This document shows, in pieces, positions 19,267 through 28,700 of a stretch of DNA of 64,000 nucleotides. Position 1 is the first letter of the stretch. The number at the start of each line of letters is the position of its first letter. The translations under genes were made by a program, and so were the position numbers. Origin of the DNA: Candidatus Eiseniibacteriota bacterium (lineage in GTDB: Bacteria > Eisenbacteria > RBG-16-71-46). The DNA lies in the NCBI GenBank assembly GCA_044223005.1, contig JBGAML010000004.1, positions 160,001 to 224,000 of the forward strand. Reading direction: 5' to 3'. The notes beneath the pieces are model-generated. The model worked only from the letters and a program-made list of their open reading frames with translations, had not been told where the DNA came from and did no database searches.

Positions 19267-20721
19267 ATGAAAGCCAAGCTGCACTGGGGCGCGTGGGCGC
19301 TCGCGGTACTGGCGCTCGGCGCGGCGTTGCCGGCGGCCGCTTCGCCGCGGACGCTCGCGGTCGAAGTGTGGACCGACCGCGGCGACGACGCGGTGTACCG
19401 CACCGGCGACGCCATGCAGGTGAAGGTGCGCGCGAACGACGACGCGTACCTGCTCGTCTACGAGATCGACGCCAACGGCAAGGTGTCGGTGCTCTATCCG
19501 TGGCGCCGCGGCTCGAACATGGTCGAAGGCCGCCGCACGTACCGGCTGCCGCCCGAGAACTCCGGCTACGAGCTCGCGGTCGAGAACGCGACCGGCCAGG
19601 GCTACATCGTGGCGATCGCCTCGCGGCGCCCGTTCCGCGACCTGCCGTGGTACCTGCGGCCGTTCGATCCGCAGGGCGAGAGCGTCGGCTACGAGAACCG
19701 GCACGACGACGAAGACGGCTTCGACGAGGACGGCAACGTCGTCGGCGACCCGATGGTCGCCATGGAGCGCGTCCGCCGCCGCGTGCTCGACCGGCCGTCG
19801 GACACGGACGACTTCGCGTCGTCGTACGCCAGCTACTACGTGGGCCACGAAGTGCGCTATCCGCGCTACCTGTGCGCGGACTGCCACCGGCCCGGGCAGT
19901 GGGCGTGGTGGGACGGCTTCGATCCCTACTACGCGCGCTGCAGCGTGTTCGATTTCCGCGTGAACTGGAACTGGTGCTGGGGTCCGTGCATCTGGAACGG
20001 CTACGTGCCCTACTACTACTACGTCGTGCGTTCGGACTGCCCGCCGCGCTACTACGACTACTACCAGGACCGTTCGCGCTGGTCGTCGTGGGACGGCTAC
20101 CAGCGGTTCAACTCGCTCTGGGGGAACCAGCTCGTCCGCCACAAGACGACGCCGCCCCCGGGCTACACGCCGCCGCCGCCTCCGGGCAGCAAGCCGGTGT
20201 GGGCGGGCGGGCCGCCGCCCAACGGCGGGACGCTGCCGCCGGGTTACCTGCCTCCGGGCAGCTCCAACGTGACGGGCCGTCGTGGTGGTGGGTTCGTGAC
20301 GCCGCAGCCGATCGGTCGCGGCACGACCGTGCAGCCGGGCACGCGTCCGTCGGGCGACTGGCGCGGCGGTGAACGTCCGCGCGGCGGCAACGGCGACACG
20401 CAGCGCCCGCCGGTGCGCGACGGTGGCATCCGTCCGACGCCGTACGATTCGCCGCGGCAGGAGACCCCGCGCACCGAGCCGCGTCGCGAGGCGCCGCGGC
20501 AGGAGTCGCCACGGCAGGAGAGCCCACGGCAGGAGGCGCCGCGCGTCGAGCCGCGCCGCGAGGCGCCGCCCGCGCCGCGGCAGGAGGCGCCGCGCCAGGA
20601 GGCCCCGCGCGTGGAGCCGCGCCGCGAGGAACCCCGGCACGAGACGCCGCGCCAGGAGCCGCCGGCCCGGCCGCAGCAGCCGGAGCGCAACAAGGAGGAC
20701 GGACCCCGCCGGGAGCGCTGA
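19267..20721 (+). CDS. Secreted DUF4384-like protein with an aromatic/Cys-rich middle and a Pro/Arg/Glu repeat tail
   Basis: Signal peptide; VEVWTDRG..YRTGD..V....DAYL.VY.ID..G.V..LYP pattern; low-complexity C-terminus. Confidence 0.75.
   Translation: MKAKLHWGAWALAVLALGAALPAAASPRTLAVEVWTDRGDDAVYRTGDAMQVKVRANDDAYLLVYEIDANGKVSVLYPWRRGSNMVEGRRTYRLPPENSGYELAVENATGQGYIVAIASRRPFRDLPWYLRPFDPQGESVGYENRHDDEDGFDEDGNVVGDPMVAMERVRRRVLDRPSDTDDFASSYASYYVGHEVRYPRYLCADCHRPGQWAWWDGFDPYYARCSVFDFRVNWNWCWGPCIWNGYVPYYYYVVRSDCPPRYYDYYQDRSRWSSWDGYQRFNSLWGNQLVRHKTTPPPGYTPPPPPGSKPVWAGGPPPNGGTLPPGYLPPGSSNVTGRRGGGFVTPQPIGRGTTVQPGTRPSGDWRGGERPRGGNGDTQRPPVRDGGIRPTPYDSPRQETPRTEPRREAPRQESPRQESPRQEAPRVEPRREAPPAPRQEAPRQEAPRVEPRREEPRHETPRQEPPARPQQPERNKEDGPRRER
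20449..20658 (+). repeat. Coding tandem repeat of ~12-15-bp units encoding (A/S/T/E)PR(Q/R/V/T/H)E
   Basis: About 14 PRxE units, e.g. gcgccgcggcaggag repeated with variation. Confidence 0.85.
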
Positions 20722-20774
20722 AACTCCCGGGGCGTTCGCGGGTATACTGAGGCGCCTGCCTCGACCCTGACGAG

Positions 20775-20810
20775 GCGGCGGGACCGGATCGCCGGTCCCG
20801 CCGCTTTCGC
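20775..20810 (+). terminator. Intrinsic terminator-like hairpin
   Basis: GCGGCGGGACCGG / CCGGTCCCGCCGC followed by TTTCGCATT. Confidence 0.6.
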
Positions 20811-20839
20811 ATTCGTCCCCGTTCCCGGAGAACCGTCGC

Positions 20840-21751
20840 GTGCCGATCCTGCGTGCCCTGGGTTCCGCCGTGCTGCTGGCCGCCTGCGCCGGAGCAGCGT
20901 TCGCCGCCCCGCCCGGCTTCGCCTTCCTCGAGGTGCCCGCGGGGGCCCGCGCGGCCGCCCTGGGCGGCGCGTACGTCTCGCTCGCCGACGGCGCCGAGGG
21001 CGCGTTCTGGAACCCGGCCGGGCTCGCGGGCGTGGCCGGGACGCAGGTGACGGGCTCGCACGAGGAGGCGTTCCAGGGGCTGAAGCACGACCAGTTCGCG
21101 GTCGCCGGCCAGCTGTTCGGCGGCGGCCTCGCGGCCTCGATGCGCGCGATGTACTCGCAGCCGATCGACGAGCGCGACGAACTGGGCAACCTGATCGGCT
21201 CGTTCGGCTCGCACGATCTGGAGTTCCAGCTCGGCTACGGCTGGAAGGCCGGCACGACGCGCTTCGGGCTCGCGGCGCAGGCGGTGCGCGAACGCATCGC
21301 GAACGAGTCGGCGACGACCTTCAGCGGCAGCGCGGGCGCGCAGTGGGCACCCGCGGCCTCGCCCAACCTTCGCTTCGGCGTCGCGGCCGAGCACCTCGGC
21401 CCCGCCGCGCGCTACACGTTCGACGGCGCGAAGGGCGAACCGGTCTCGCTCCCCGCGGCGCTGCAGGCGGGCGGCTCGTGGCGGCACGACCTGCACGGCG
21501 GCATGCACCTCACCGCGGCGCTCGACGCGCGCGCGACGCGCGGCCGGCAGGCCGTGGTCGCGCTCGGCAGCGAGCTCGCGCTGGACGCGGGCGCGGCGCT
21601 GCGGCTCGGTGCGCGGCCGGGCGACGACGTCTCGCCGTGGGGCGCGGGCGTCGGCTGGCAGCACGGCACGTTCCGCGTGGACTACGCGTGGGTGCCGTCG
21701 CGCCTCGACCTCGGCGACACGCACCGCTTCTCGTTCGGCGCGCAGTTCTGA
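20840..21751 (+). CDS. PorV/PorQ-family outer-membrane beta-barrel
   Basis: FAFLEVPAGARAAALGGAY..LADG....FWNPAGLA N-terminal motif; ends DLGDTHRFSFGAQF. Confidence 0.85.
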   Translation: MPILRALGSAVLLAACAGAAFAAPPGFAFLEVPAGARAAALGGAYVSLADGAEGAFWNPAGLAGVAGTQVTGSHEEAFQGLKHDQFAVAGQLFGGGLAASMRAMYSQPIDERDELGNLIGSFGSHDLEFQLGYGWKAGTTRFGLAAQAVRERIANESATTFSGSAGAQWAPAASPNLRFGVAAEHLGPAARYTFDGAKGEPVSLPAALQAGGSWRHDLHGGMHLTAALDARATRGRQAVVALGSELALDAGAALRLGARPGDDVSPWGAGVGWQHGTFRVDYAWVPSRLDLGDTHRFSFGAQF

Positions 21752-21770
21752 CGAGCGCGCGCCGCGCGCG

Positions 21771-22508
21771 TCAGCCGGCGACCGGGTCCGTGCGCAGCGT
21801 GAGCTTGCCCGCGCGCAGTTCGAGCCACGTGAATCGCTCGATCCAGTCGCCGAGCACGAAGAACTCGCGGCCGTTCTCGCGCTGTTCGTACGCGTGGTGG
21901 AAGTGGCCGATGATCACGCCGTCGTAGCCTTCGGCGAAGCGCGGCTTCGCGATCTCGTTCCAGAGCCGCTCGGGCTGCAGCGGCGGATGCCCGCGCGAGT
22001 GGCGCGACGCGCCCGAGACCCAGTGCGCGAACGGCACGCCGAGATCGGGGTGCAGCCACTGGTAGGCCGCGATGCTCGCCGGGTGGCGCAGGATGCCGCG
22101 CAGGACCTTGTAGCCGAGGTCGCCGCCGACCAGCCCGTCGCCGTGGTGGACCCAGAGCCGGCGGCCCTGCTGCTCGACGGTGACGGCGCCGTCGACCGTG
22201 GCGAGGCCCAGTTCCTCGCGCAGGAAGGGGCCCAGCCAGAAGTCGTGGTTGCCGTTCAGGTACACGATCTCGACCCCGGCGGCCTTGAGGCGCTCGAGAG
22301 CCGAAAGAGTGCCGAAAAGACGGCGTGGAATGGCCATCCGCCATTCGAACCAAAAGTCGAACAGGTCCCCGACGATATACAGGGTGGACACCCGCCCCGG
22401 CAGCGAGTCCAGGAAGCCGTGCAGGCGCGCCGTGCGCGCCGCCTCTCGCTCCCTCGGCTCGGCTCCCAGGTGGGCGTCCGAGAAGAACACGACCGAGCGT
22501 TCCTGCAT
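21771..22508 (-). CDS. lpxH: UDP-2,3-diacylglucosamine diphosphatase (LpxH-like)
   Basis: FSDAHLG, GDLFDFW, GNHDFW, HGDG, GHFH and LGDW. Confidence 0.88.
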   Translation of the reverse strand: MQERSVVFFSDAHLGAEPREREAARTARLHGFLDSLPGRVSTLYIVGDLFDFWFEWRMAIPRRLFGTLSALERLKAAGVEIVYLNGNHDFWLGPFLREELGLATVDGAVTVEQQGRRLWVHHGDGLVGGDLGYKVLRGILRHPASIAAYQWLHPDLGVPFAHWVSGASRHSRGHPPLQPERLWNEIAKPRFAEGYDGVIIGHFHHAYEQRENGREFFVLGDWIERFTWLELRAGKLTLRTDPVAG

Positions 22509-22844
22509 GGGGGCGCAGTCTAGGCGGTGGTCCCCGCGCTGGCCAGCCGACCGGCGGCCGGGGGCGCCTCCCGGTCCGGCCCGTGGCGTCAAGGCTTCAT
22601 CAGATCTCCATTGCACGACGCAACCCTGCAGGGAATCACCGCGTCTATCGCTTCGACCGCGACGTCCCGCGAATCGCCGCATCCCGAGGGGCACGAATCC
22701 CCCCGCGGCGCCGCGCGGGACTTGACGGTGAAGTGACCACCGGCCGGCGTGCCGGCACTAGAGTCACTCGCACTTCGGAGCCGCCGCAGGCCGCGCGCCA
22801 CGGCGGGCCGCGTTCCACCGAGTCGCTTCCCTGGGAGGAGCAAG

Positions 22845-24320
22845 ATGGACGGCAGGTCGGTCATTCGTCCCCGCAGCTACTTCATCGGTGCCGCCGCACT
22901 CGTGCTGGCCGGGCTGGTCCTGGGGCTCGGACTTTCCGCGAGCCTCGACCTGCATTCGCGCTCGCAGGCCGCCACGGCCCAGCTGGCCGCCGTCTCCAAC
23001 TCGGCGCCGCTGCCGGAGAGCCCGTTCACGTCCGTCGTCGAACGCGCGCTGCCCGCGGTGGTGTTCATCGACGTCCGCAAGAAGGCCACGGCCGGTGACG
23101 ACCAGGGCGACGAGTTCCTGCGCCGCTTCTTCAACGAGCAGGTGCCGCGGCACCCGCAGCGCACGCCGTCGTCGGGCTCGGGCTTCATCATCGATTCCCA
23201 GGGCCACATCATGACGAACAACCACGTGGTCTCGAACGCGGACGAGATCAACGTCACGCTCAACGACGGCCGGACCTTCAAGGCGCGCGTCGTGGGCGCG
23301 GATCCCGAGACCGACGTCGCGGTGATCCAGATCGACGGCCAGAACCTCCCGGTGCTCCCGCTCGGCGATTCCGACCGCGTGCGCGTCGGCGACTGGGCGA
23401 TCGCGATCGGCAACCCGCTCGGGGAGCTGCGCGGCTCGGTCACGGTCGGGATCGTGAGCGCGCAGGGCCGGACGAACCTCAACATCTACGGCGGCACGCC
23501 GGAGTACCAGGACTTCATCCAGACCGACGCGTCGATCAACTTCGGCAACTCGGGCGGCCCGCTGTGCAACATCCGCGGCGAGGCGATGGGCATCAACACC
23601 GCGATCAACACGAGCGGCCAGGGCATCGGCTTCGCGGTGCCGATCAACCTCGCCAAGCACGTGGCCGAGCAGCTCGTCGCCCACGGCTCGGTGCGGCGCG
23701 CGCAGCTGGGCGTCTACCTCGCGGACATGACCCCCGAGGTCGCCGAGGGCTTCGGCCTGTCCGGCACCAAGGGCGTGCTGATCTCGCGGGTCATGGACGA
23801 TTCCCCGGCGTCCCGCGGCGGCCTGCAGCGCAACGACGTGATCGTGGAGTTCGACGGCCAGCCCGTTTCGGATCTGCAGAAGCTCCGGCTCCGGGTGGCC
23901 GATACCACTCCCGGGAAGCCCGTGTCGCTCGTGGTGCTCCGCGGCGGCAAGCGCATGGTCGTGACGGTCACGCCCAAGGACAAGGACGACAAGCTCGCCA
24001 GCAACACGGACGATTCGAACGTCGACGACAGCAAGGGCACTCTCGGCGGCCTGACGGTCCGGTCGCTGCGGGACGAAGAGAAGAAGCAGCTCGGCATCGA
24101 GAACGGCGTCCGCGTGACGGACGTCGAGGACGGCTCGGTGGCGGACGACAAGGGCATCCAGCCCAACGACGTCGTCGAGATGGTCGGCACCAGCCCGGTC
24201 AACGATCCGGCATCGTTCGCCCGGCTGATGGCCGCGCAGAAGAAGGCCGGCCGGCCGGCGGTCCTGTTCGTCAACCGGAACGGCAACTCGCAGTACGTCC
24301 CGCTTCGCCTCGACAAGTAG
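22845..24320 (+). CDS. degP: DegP/HtrA (Do) serine protease with two PDZ domains
   Basis: GSGFII, TNNHVV, DVAVI, IQTDASINFGNSGGPL; two PDZ domains. Confidence 0.93.
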   Translation: MDGRSVIRPRSYFIGAAALVLAGLVLGLGLSASLDLHSRSQAATAQLAAVSNSAPLPESPFTSVVERALPAVVFIDVRKKATAGDDQGDEFLRRFFNEQVPRHPQRTPSSGSGFIIDSQGHIMTNNHVVSNADEINVTLNDGRTFKARVVGADPETDVAVIQIDGQNLPVLPLGDSDRVRVGDWAIAIGNPLGELRGSVTVGIVSAQGRTNLNIYGGTPEYQDFIQTDASINFGNSGGPLCNIRGEAMGINTAINTSGQGIGFAVPINLAKHVAEQLVAHGSVRRAQLGVYLADMTPEVAEGFGLSGTKGVLISRVMDDSPASRGGLQRNDVIVEFDGQPVSDLQKLRLRVADTTPGKPVSLVVLRGGKRMVVTVTPKDKDDKLASNTDDSNVDDSKGTLGGLTVRSLRDEEKKQLGIENGVRVTDVEDGSVADDKGIQPNDVVEMVGTSPVNDPASFARLMAAQKKAGRPAVLFVNRNGNSQYVPLRLDK

Positions 24321-24355
24321 CGCGCGACGCGATACACCCGAGGACGCGAACCGGG

Positions 24356-24384
24356 CGGGAGGCGACCGAGGCGGTCGCCTCCCG
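24356..24384. terminator. Hairpin between degP and the amidase gene
   Basis: CGGGAGGCGACCG / CGGTCGCCTCCCG. Confidence 0.45.
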
Positions 24385-24413
24385 TCACGCCATGGACGGC
24401 GAGGGAGACTCGC

Positions 24414-25679
24414 ATGGAACACCGGAACATCCTCCGAGGAATCCGACCGGCGCTCGCCGCGCTGGCGCTGGTGCTGTGCGCCGGCGGCGCACGTGCGGAC
24501 GGCGTCGTGCCGCCCAGCGTGACGAGCGTGCGCAGCTGGTCCGCGCCCGCCAACACGCGCGTCGTGTTCGACTTCTCGGAGCCGGTCGAGGCGGTGATGC
24601 CCGACTCGGGCACCGCCGCGCGCATCGTGATCTCCGTGCCGCGTGCGGGGCTCGTGCCCGCCGCCGGCGTCCCGGCGCTGCTCGCGGTCCGCGACAGCGT
24701 GGTCGACTCGGTGTTCGTGGCGTTCGACGCCAGCGGCGCCCGGTTCACGATCGTGCTCGCGCCGGGGACCACGTTCCACGCGTTCCCGCTCGTCGCCGCG
24801 GAAGACAAGCCGTTCCGCATCGTGGTCGACGTGGCGCGGGCGGGCGGGCAGGCGGCCGAGGACAAGCGGCTCGCCGACATCGCCGCGGCCAAGCGGCGCG
24901 ACCGCGTGCGGCTGGTGTACATCGACGCGGGCCACGGCGGTGACGACACCGGCGCGCGCGGGCCGGGCGGCGTGCTCGAGAAGCACATCACGCTGGCCGT
25001 GGCGCGCGACCTCGCCGAGGAGCTCAACAAGATCAAGGGCGTGCGGGCCATGCTGACGCGCGACGCCGACTACTTCATCCCGCTCCACCAGCGCTACAAG
25101 ATCGCCGAGCAGGCGCGGGCCGACCTGTTCATCAGCATCCACTGCAACTCCAGCCGCCGCCGCGGCAGCGGCAGCGGCACCGAGGTCTACTTCCTGTCGC
25201 TGAAGGGCGCGAGCGACCAGGCGGACAAGGACCTCGCGGACCTCGAGAACGCGGCCGACATGGTCGGCGGCGTGCCGGCACAGGCCGAGGACGCGGTGGT
25301 GAGCGTGCTTTACAACGTGAAGCGCAATGCCGCGCTCGAGCACAGCCAGCTGCTGGCCGAGACGCTGGTCGACCACATCGCGGCCGACCGCCGCGTGGAA
25401 TCGCGCGGCATCAAGCAGGCGGGCTTCGCGGTGCTGAAGTCGGTGGAGTTCCCGAGCGTGCTCGTGGAGACCGCGTTCATCAACAACCCGCGCGAGGTGA
25501 AGCTGCTCCGCGATCCGGTGTTCCAGCGCCAGCTCGGCAAGCAGCTCGCCGACGGCGTCGTGGCCTACTTCGGCGCGGCCGGCGTGAAGCTCGGCGCGCC
25601 CGCGGACAGCTCGCACGGACCCGGCGCCCCGGCCGGCGCCACGGGCGCGACGGGCCAGACGGGCATGCTGGTGCGCTGA
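24414..25679 (+). CDS. N-acetylmuramoyl-L-alanine amidase (Amidase_3) with an AMIN-like domain
   Basis: IDAGHGGDDTGA, EKHITL, TRDADYF, LFISIHCNS and SVLVETAFINN. Confidence 0.92.
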   Translation: MEHRNILRGIRPALAALALVLCAGGARADGVVPPSVTSVRSWSAPANTRVVFDFSEPVEAVMPDSGTAARIVISVPRAGLVPAAGVPALLAVRDSVVDSVFVAFDASGARFTIVLAPGTTFHAFPLVAAEDKPFRIVVDVARAGGQAAEDKRLADIAAAKRRDRVRLVYIDAGHGGDDTGARGPGGVLEKHITLAVARDLAEELNKIKGVRAMLTRDADYFIPLHQRYKIAEQARADLFISIHCNSSRRRGSGSGTEVYFLSLKGASDQADKDLADLENAADMVGGVPAQAEDAVVSVLYNVKRNAALEHSQLLAETLVDHIAADRRVESRGIKQAGFAVLKSVEFPSVLVETAFINNPREVKLLRDPVFQRQLGKQLADGVVAYFGAAGVKLGAPADSSHGPGAPAGATGATGQTGMLVR

Positions 25680-25693
25680 CGTTTCACCCCAGC

Positions 25694-25737
25694 GAAACGG
25701 GCCCGCGGCGCATCGCGCCGCGGGCCCGTTCGCGTTT
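25694..25737. terminator. Bidirectional terminator between convergent genes
   Basis: AACGGGCCCGCGGCG / CGCCGCGGGCCCGTT 15-bp stem. Confidence 0.75.
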
Positions 25738-25748
25738 CCGCCGCCGCG

Positions 25749-28700
25749 TCAGCGGCCCGACTGCGTGATGCGGCCGTCCTCGCGGATCGTGAGCGCCGCA
25801 CCGCCCTTGCAGCGGTCGCGCACGTACGCCTCCATGGCGCCGCGGATGATCAGCCCCGCGTCGTCGCGGCCGCCCGCGCCCTTGTTGAGCACGTCGTAAT
25901 TGTCACCACCCGTGGCCATGAAGTTGTTGACCGCGACCTTGTAGGTCTTCGCCGGGTCGATCGGCGAACCGTCGGCCATGGTCAGGCTCGTGACGCGGTC
26001 CATCGGGGCGCGGCTCGAGTCGAAGGCGTAGCGGATGCCGCTCACCTGGGTGACGCGCTCGTACTTGAGCGCCTGCTCGAGACCGCGCTTCACCTCGGCG
26101 CCGGTGAGCGTCACGACCACGATCGTGTTGTCGAACGGCATGATTTCGTAGATCGCGCCGCGCGTGATCTCCCCCGCCGGGAGGTCGGCGCGCATGCCGC
26201 CCGGGTTCTGCATGGCGATGTCGGCGCCGCTCTGGAAGCGCATCGCGTCGCAGATGAAGTCGCCGATCGTGGCCTCCGGCCGGCCGCGGCGCAGCGGCTC
26301 CGCGTTGCGGCCGATCACCTCGGCCGCGATCGGGGCGACGTTCGCGTTCCAGCCCCTCACGCGCGCCACCCACGTGGTGTCGAGCGGGTACTCGTCCGCC
26401 CACACCTGCATGATGCGCTGCTTGCGCTCGACCACCGCGCGCTTGGTCACGTCCACGGTGAGGTCGGCCATGGCGAGCCACTGGCCGTTGGCGCCGGCGA
26501 TCATGACGGGCGCGTCGTGGATGCGGTCGTCGACCACGTTGTGGCTGTGGCCCCCGAACCACGCGTCCACGCCGGCGATGCCGTTGGCGAGCCGCGCGAC
26601 GTCGCCGCGTGCCCTGCGCGACGAGTCGGTCTCGGCCGGGATGTGGCCCACGACGACGACCACATTGGCCCCGGCCTTGCGCAGGCGCGGCACCGCGAGC
26701 GCGGTGGTCGCCGAGTCGTCCTCGAACCGGAGGTGCGCGACGTTGGTGGGCAGCGTCACCCGCGGCGTGCCGGGATAGCCGAGCCCGAGGATCGACACCT
26801 TCACGCCGCGGCGCGCGACGCTGGTGTCGCTGCGCACCCACCAGGGCCGCTTGCCGCTCTTGCGCTCGACGATGTTGGCGCCCAGCGCCGCGAAGCGCAT
26901 GCCGTGCACGCGCGCCTGCAGCGTGTCCACGGTCCAGTCGAAGTCGTGGTTGCCGATCGCGGCGGCGGTGTAGTGGAGCAGGTTCATCTGCTCGACCACC
27001 GGCCGGCCGTACTGCAGGTTCGAGATCATCGTGCCCTGGAAGATGTCGCCGCCGTCGATCAGCACGGTGCCTTCCGGGTTCTCGGCGCGGAAGTGCTCGA
27101 TCCACGCGGCCAGCGCGGGCGTGCTGCCGAACGCGCGACCGCTGCGGCGGTCCTTCGCGCCGCCCAGGATCGCGCCGTGGAAGTCCGTGGTCTCGAGCAC
27201 GCGGATCACGGGCAGGCGCAGGTTGGCGAGCATGCCGAGCCACTGCGCGCGCGTGAGCCGCGCGGACGGGTCGGCACCTACACTCGTTCCCGTGAGCAAG
27301 CTGCGGCGGAAGGCGGGGTCTGCGCCCGAACGTGTAGTAATCGCGAGTTTCTCGGCACGCGCGGTGCGCTCGCACGCCGCGAGCGCCTCACCGACCGTCA
27401 CGAGGACGGCATCATCTCGACGGGCCAGGGGCGAGAGCTTGCTATGCGGGAACGCCATGTAGTTCCAGTAGCCCAGGTCCCGGCGGTTCGCCGCCTTATC
27501 CCAACCCTCTTCGTCAAAGAACATGGGGTCGATGACATGGTTGCGCACGAGCCTCTCGATCAGCGGACGTTCCGGACTCGCAATCCAATCCGGACGCAGG
27601 GACCACGTGAATTGCACTGTGCCCTGGAGTTGCTTCTGCGAGCGCGCATAGGCCAGTAGTGCCTGCGGAGCCGTCACACTTGCGTGCCCGACTCGCGGCG
27701 CGCGACGGATCATCTCAAAGTCTCCGCCGCCCGCGGCGCGGTACCCATTCACCACAACCCGGAACGTATCGGAGGGCAAGACTTCATACCAATAGGGTGG
27801 ACCCGTGCGGTCATAGCGCTTCAGTGCGAGGATTCGCTGCCCGACGGGCTTCGTAGGGTCGATCTTGTATGTAACGCCCATCGCCATGTCGAAGTTGAAG
27901 CCCGGCATGCCGGGCTCGATCAGCGACTTGCCGTCCTCGCCCGTGTAGGGCGCGAGGAAGCGCGCCGACTGCTCGAGCGCCTCCTTCAGCTCGGCTCCGG
28001 TCAGCCGCACGGTGACGAGCGTGTTGTCGTAGGGGTAGAGCCGCATCAGGTCGCGCACGCGCACCGGGCCGGCCGCGATCACCTGCGACGGGTCGAACAT
28101 CGCGGCGAGCGACACGTCGGCGCCGGTCGCGGCGAGCTGCGCGCGATGGATCAGCTGCCAGAGCGCGTTGTCCGCGAGCCGCCCGGCGGGCGCGGCGAGG
28201 TCGCTGCCGGCGGTGGCGACGGTGACGTCGAGCGCGGCCTTCGTGCGCGCCGCGTAGGGCGCGAGCGCCGCGGCCAGCGCCGGGTCCGTGGCGACGGTGT
28301 CGCCGAGCGCGATCACCGTCGCGCGCTTCGTGGCCACCGTCCATGGCGCGGCGTCGCTCGCGCGCGTGAGCGTGAGGTCGACGCGGCCCAGGCTCTCGGC
28401 CGACTTGCCGGCCTGCGTGACGAGGGCGCCGCCGATCTCGGCGTACGGCACGACCACGTGCGTGTGCCCGAGGATCACCACGTCCACGCCGCGCACTTCG
28501 TTGGCGAGCCGCCAGCCGAAGTCCTCGCCGGGGGCGTCGCCCTTGCGCAGCTCGCCCGTGCGCGGGTCCTTCTCGAAGCCGGTGTGCGCGAGCACCACGA
28601 TCACGTCGCAGTGCTCCGCGCCGCGCAGTCGCGCGACCTCGCGCTGCGCCACCTCGATCGGCGAGAGGAACATGTAGCCCGCGATCTGCGCCGGATCGGC

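Noticed and set aside
20449..20658. Short direct repeats as a possible CRISPR array
   Set aside because: They are in-frame coding repeats with no unique spacers, and there are no cas genes.
27275..27880. Diversity-generating retroelement target or inserted mobile element
   Set aside because: No reverse transcriptase, template repeat, terminal repeats or intein motifs are visible in the window; kept only as a compositional anomaly.
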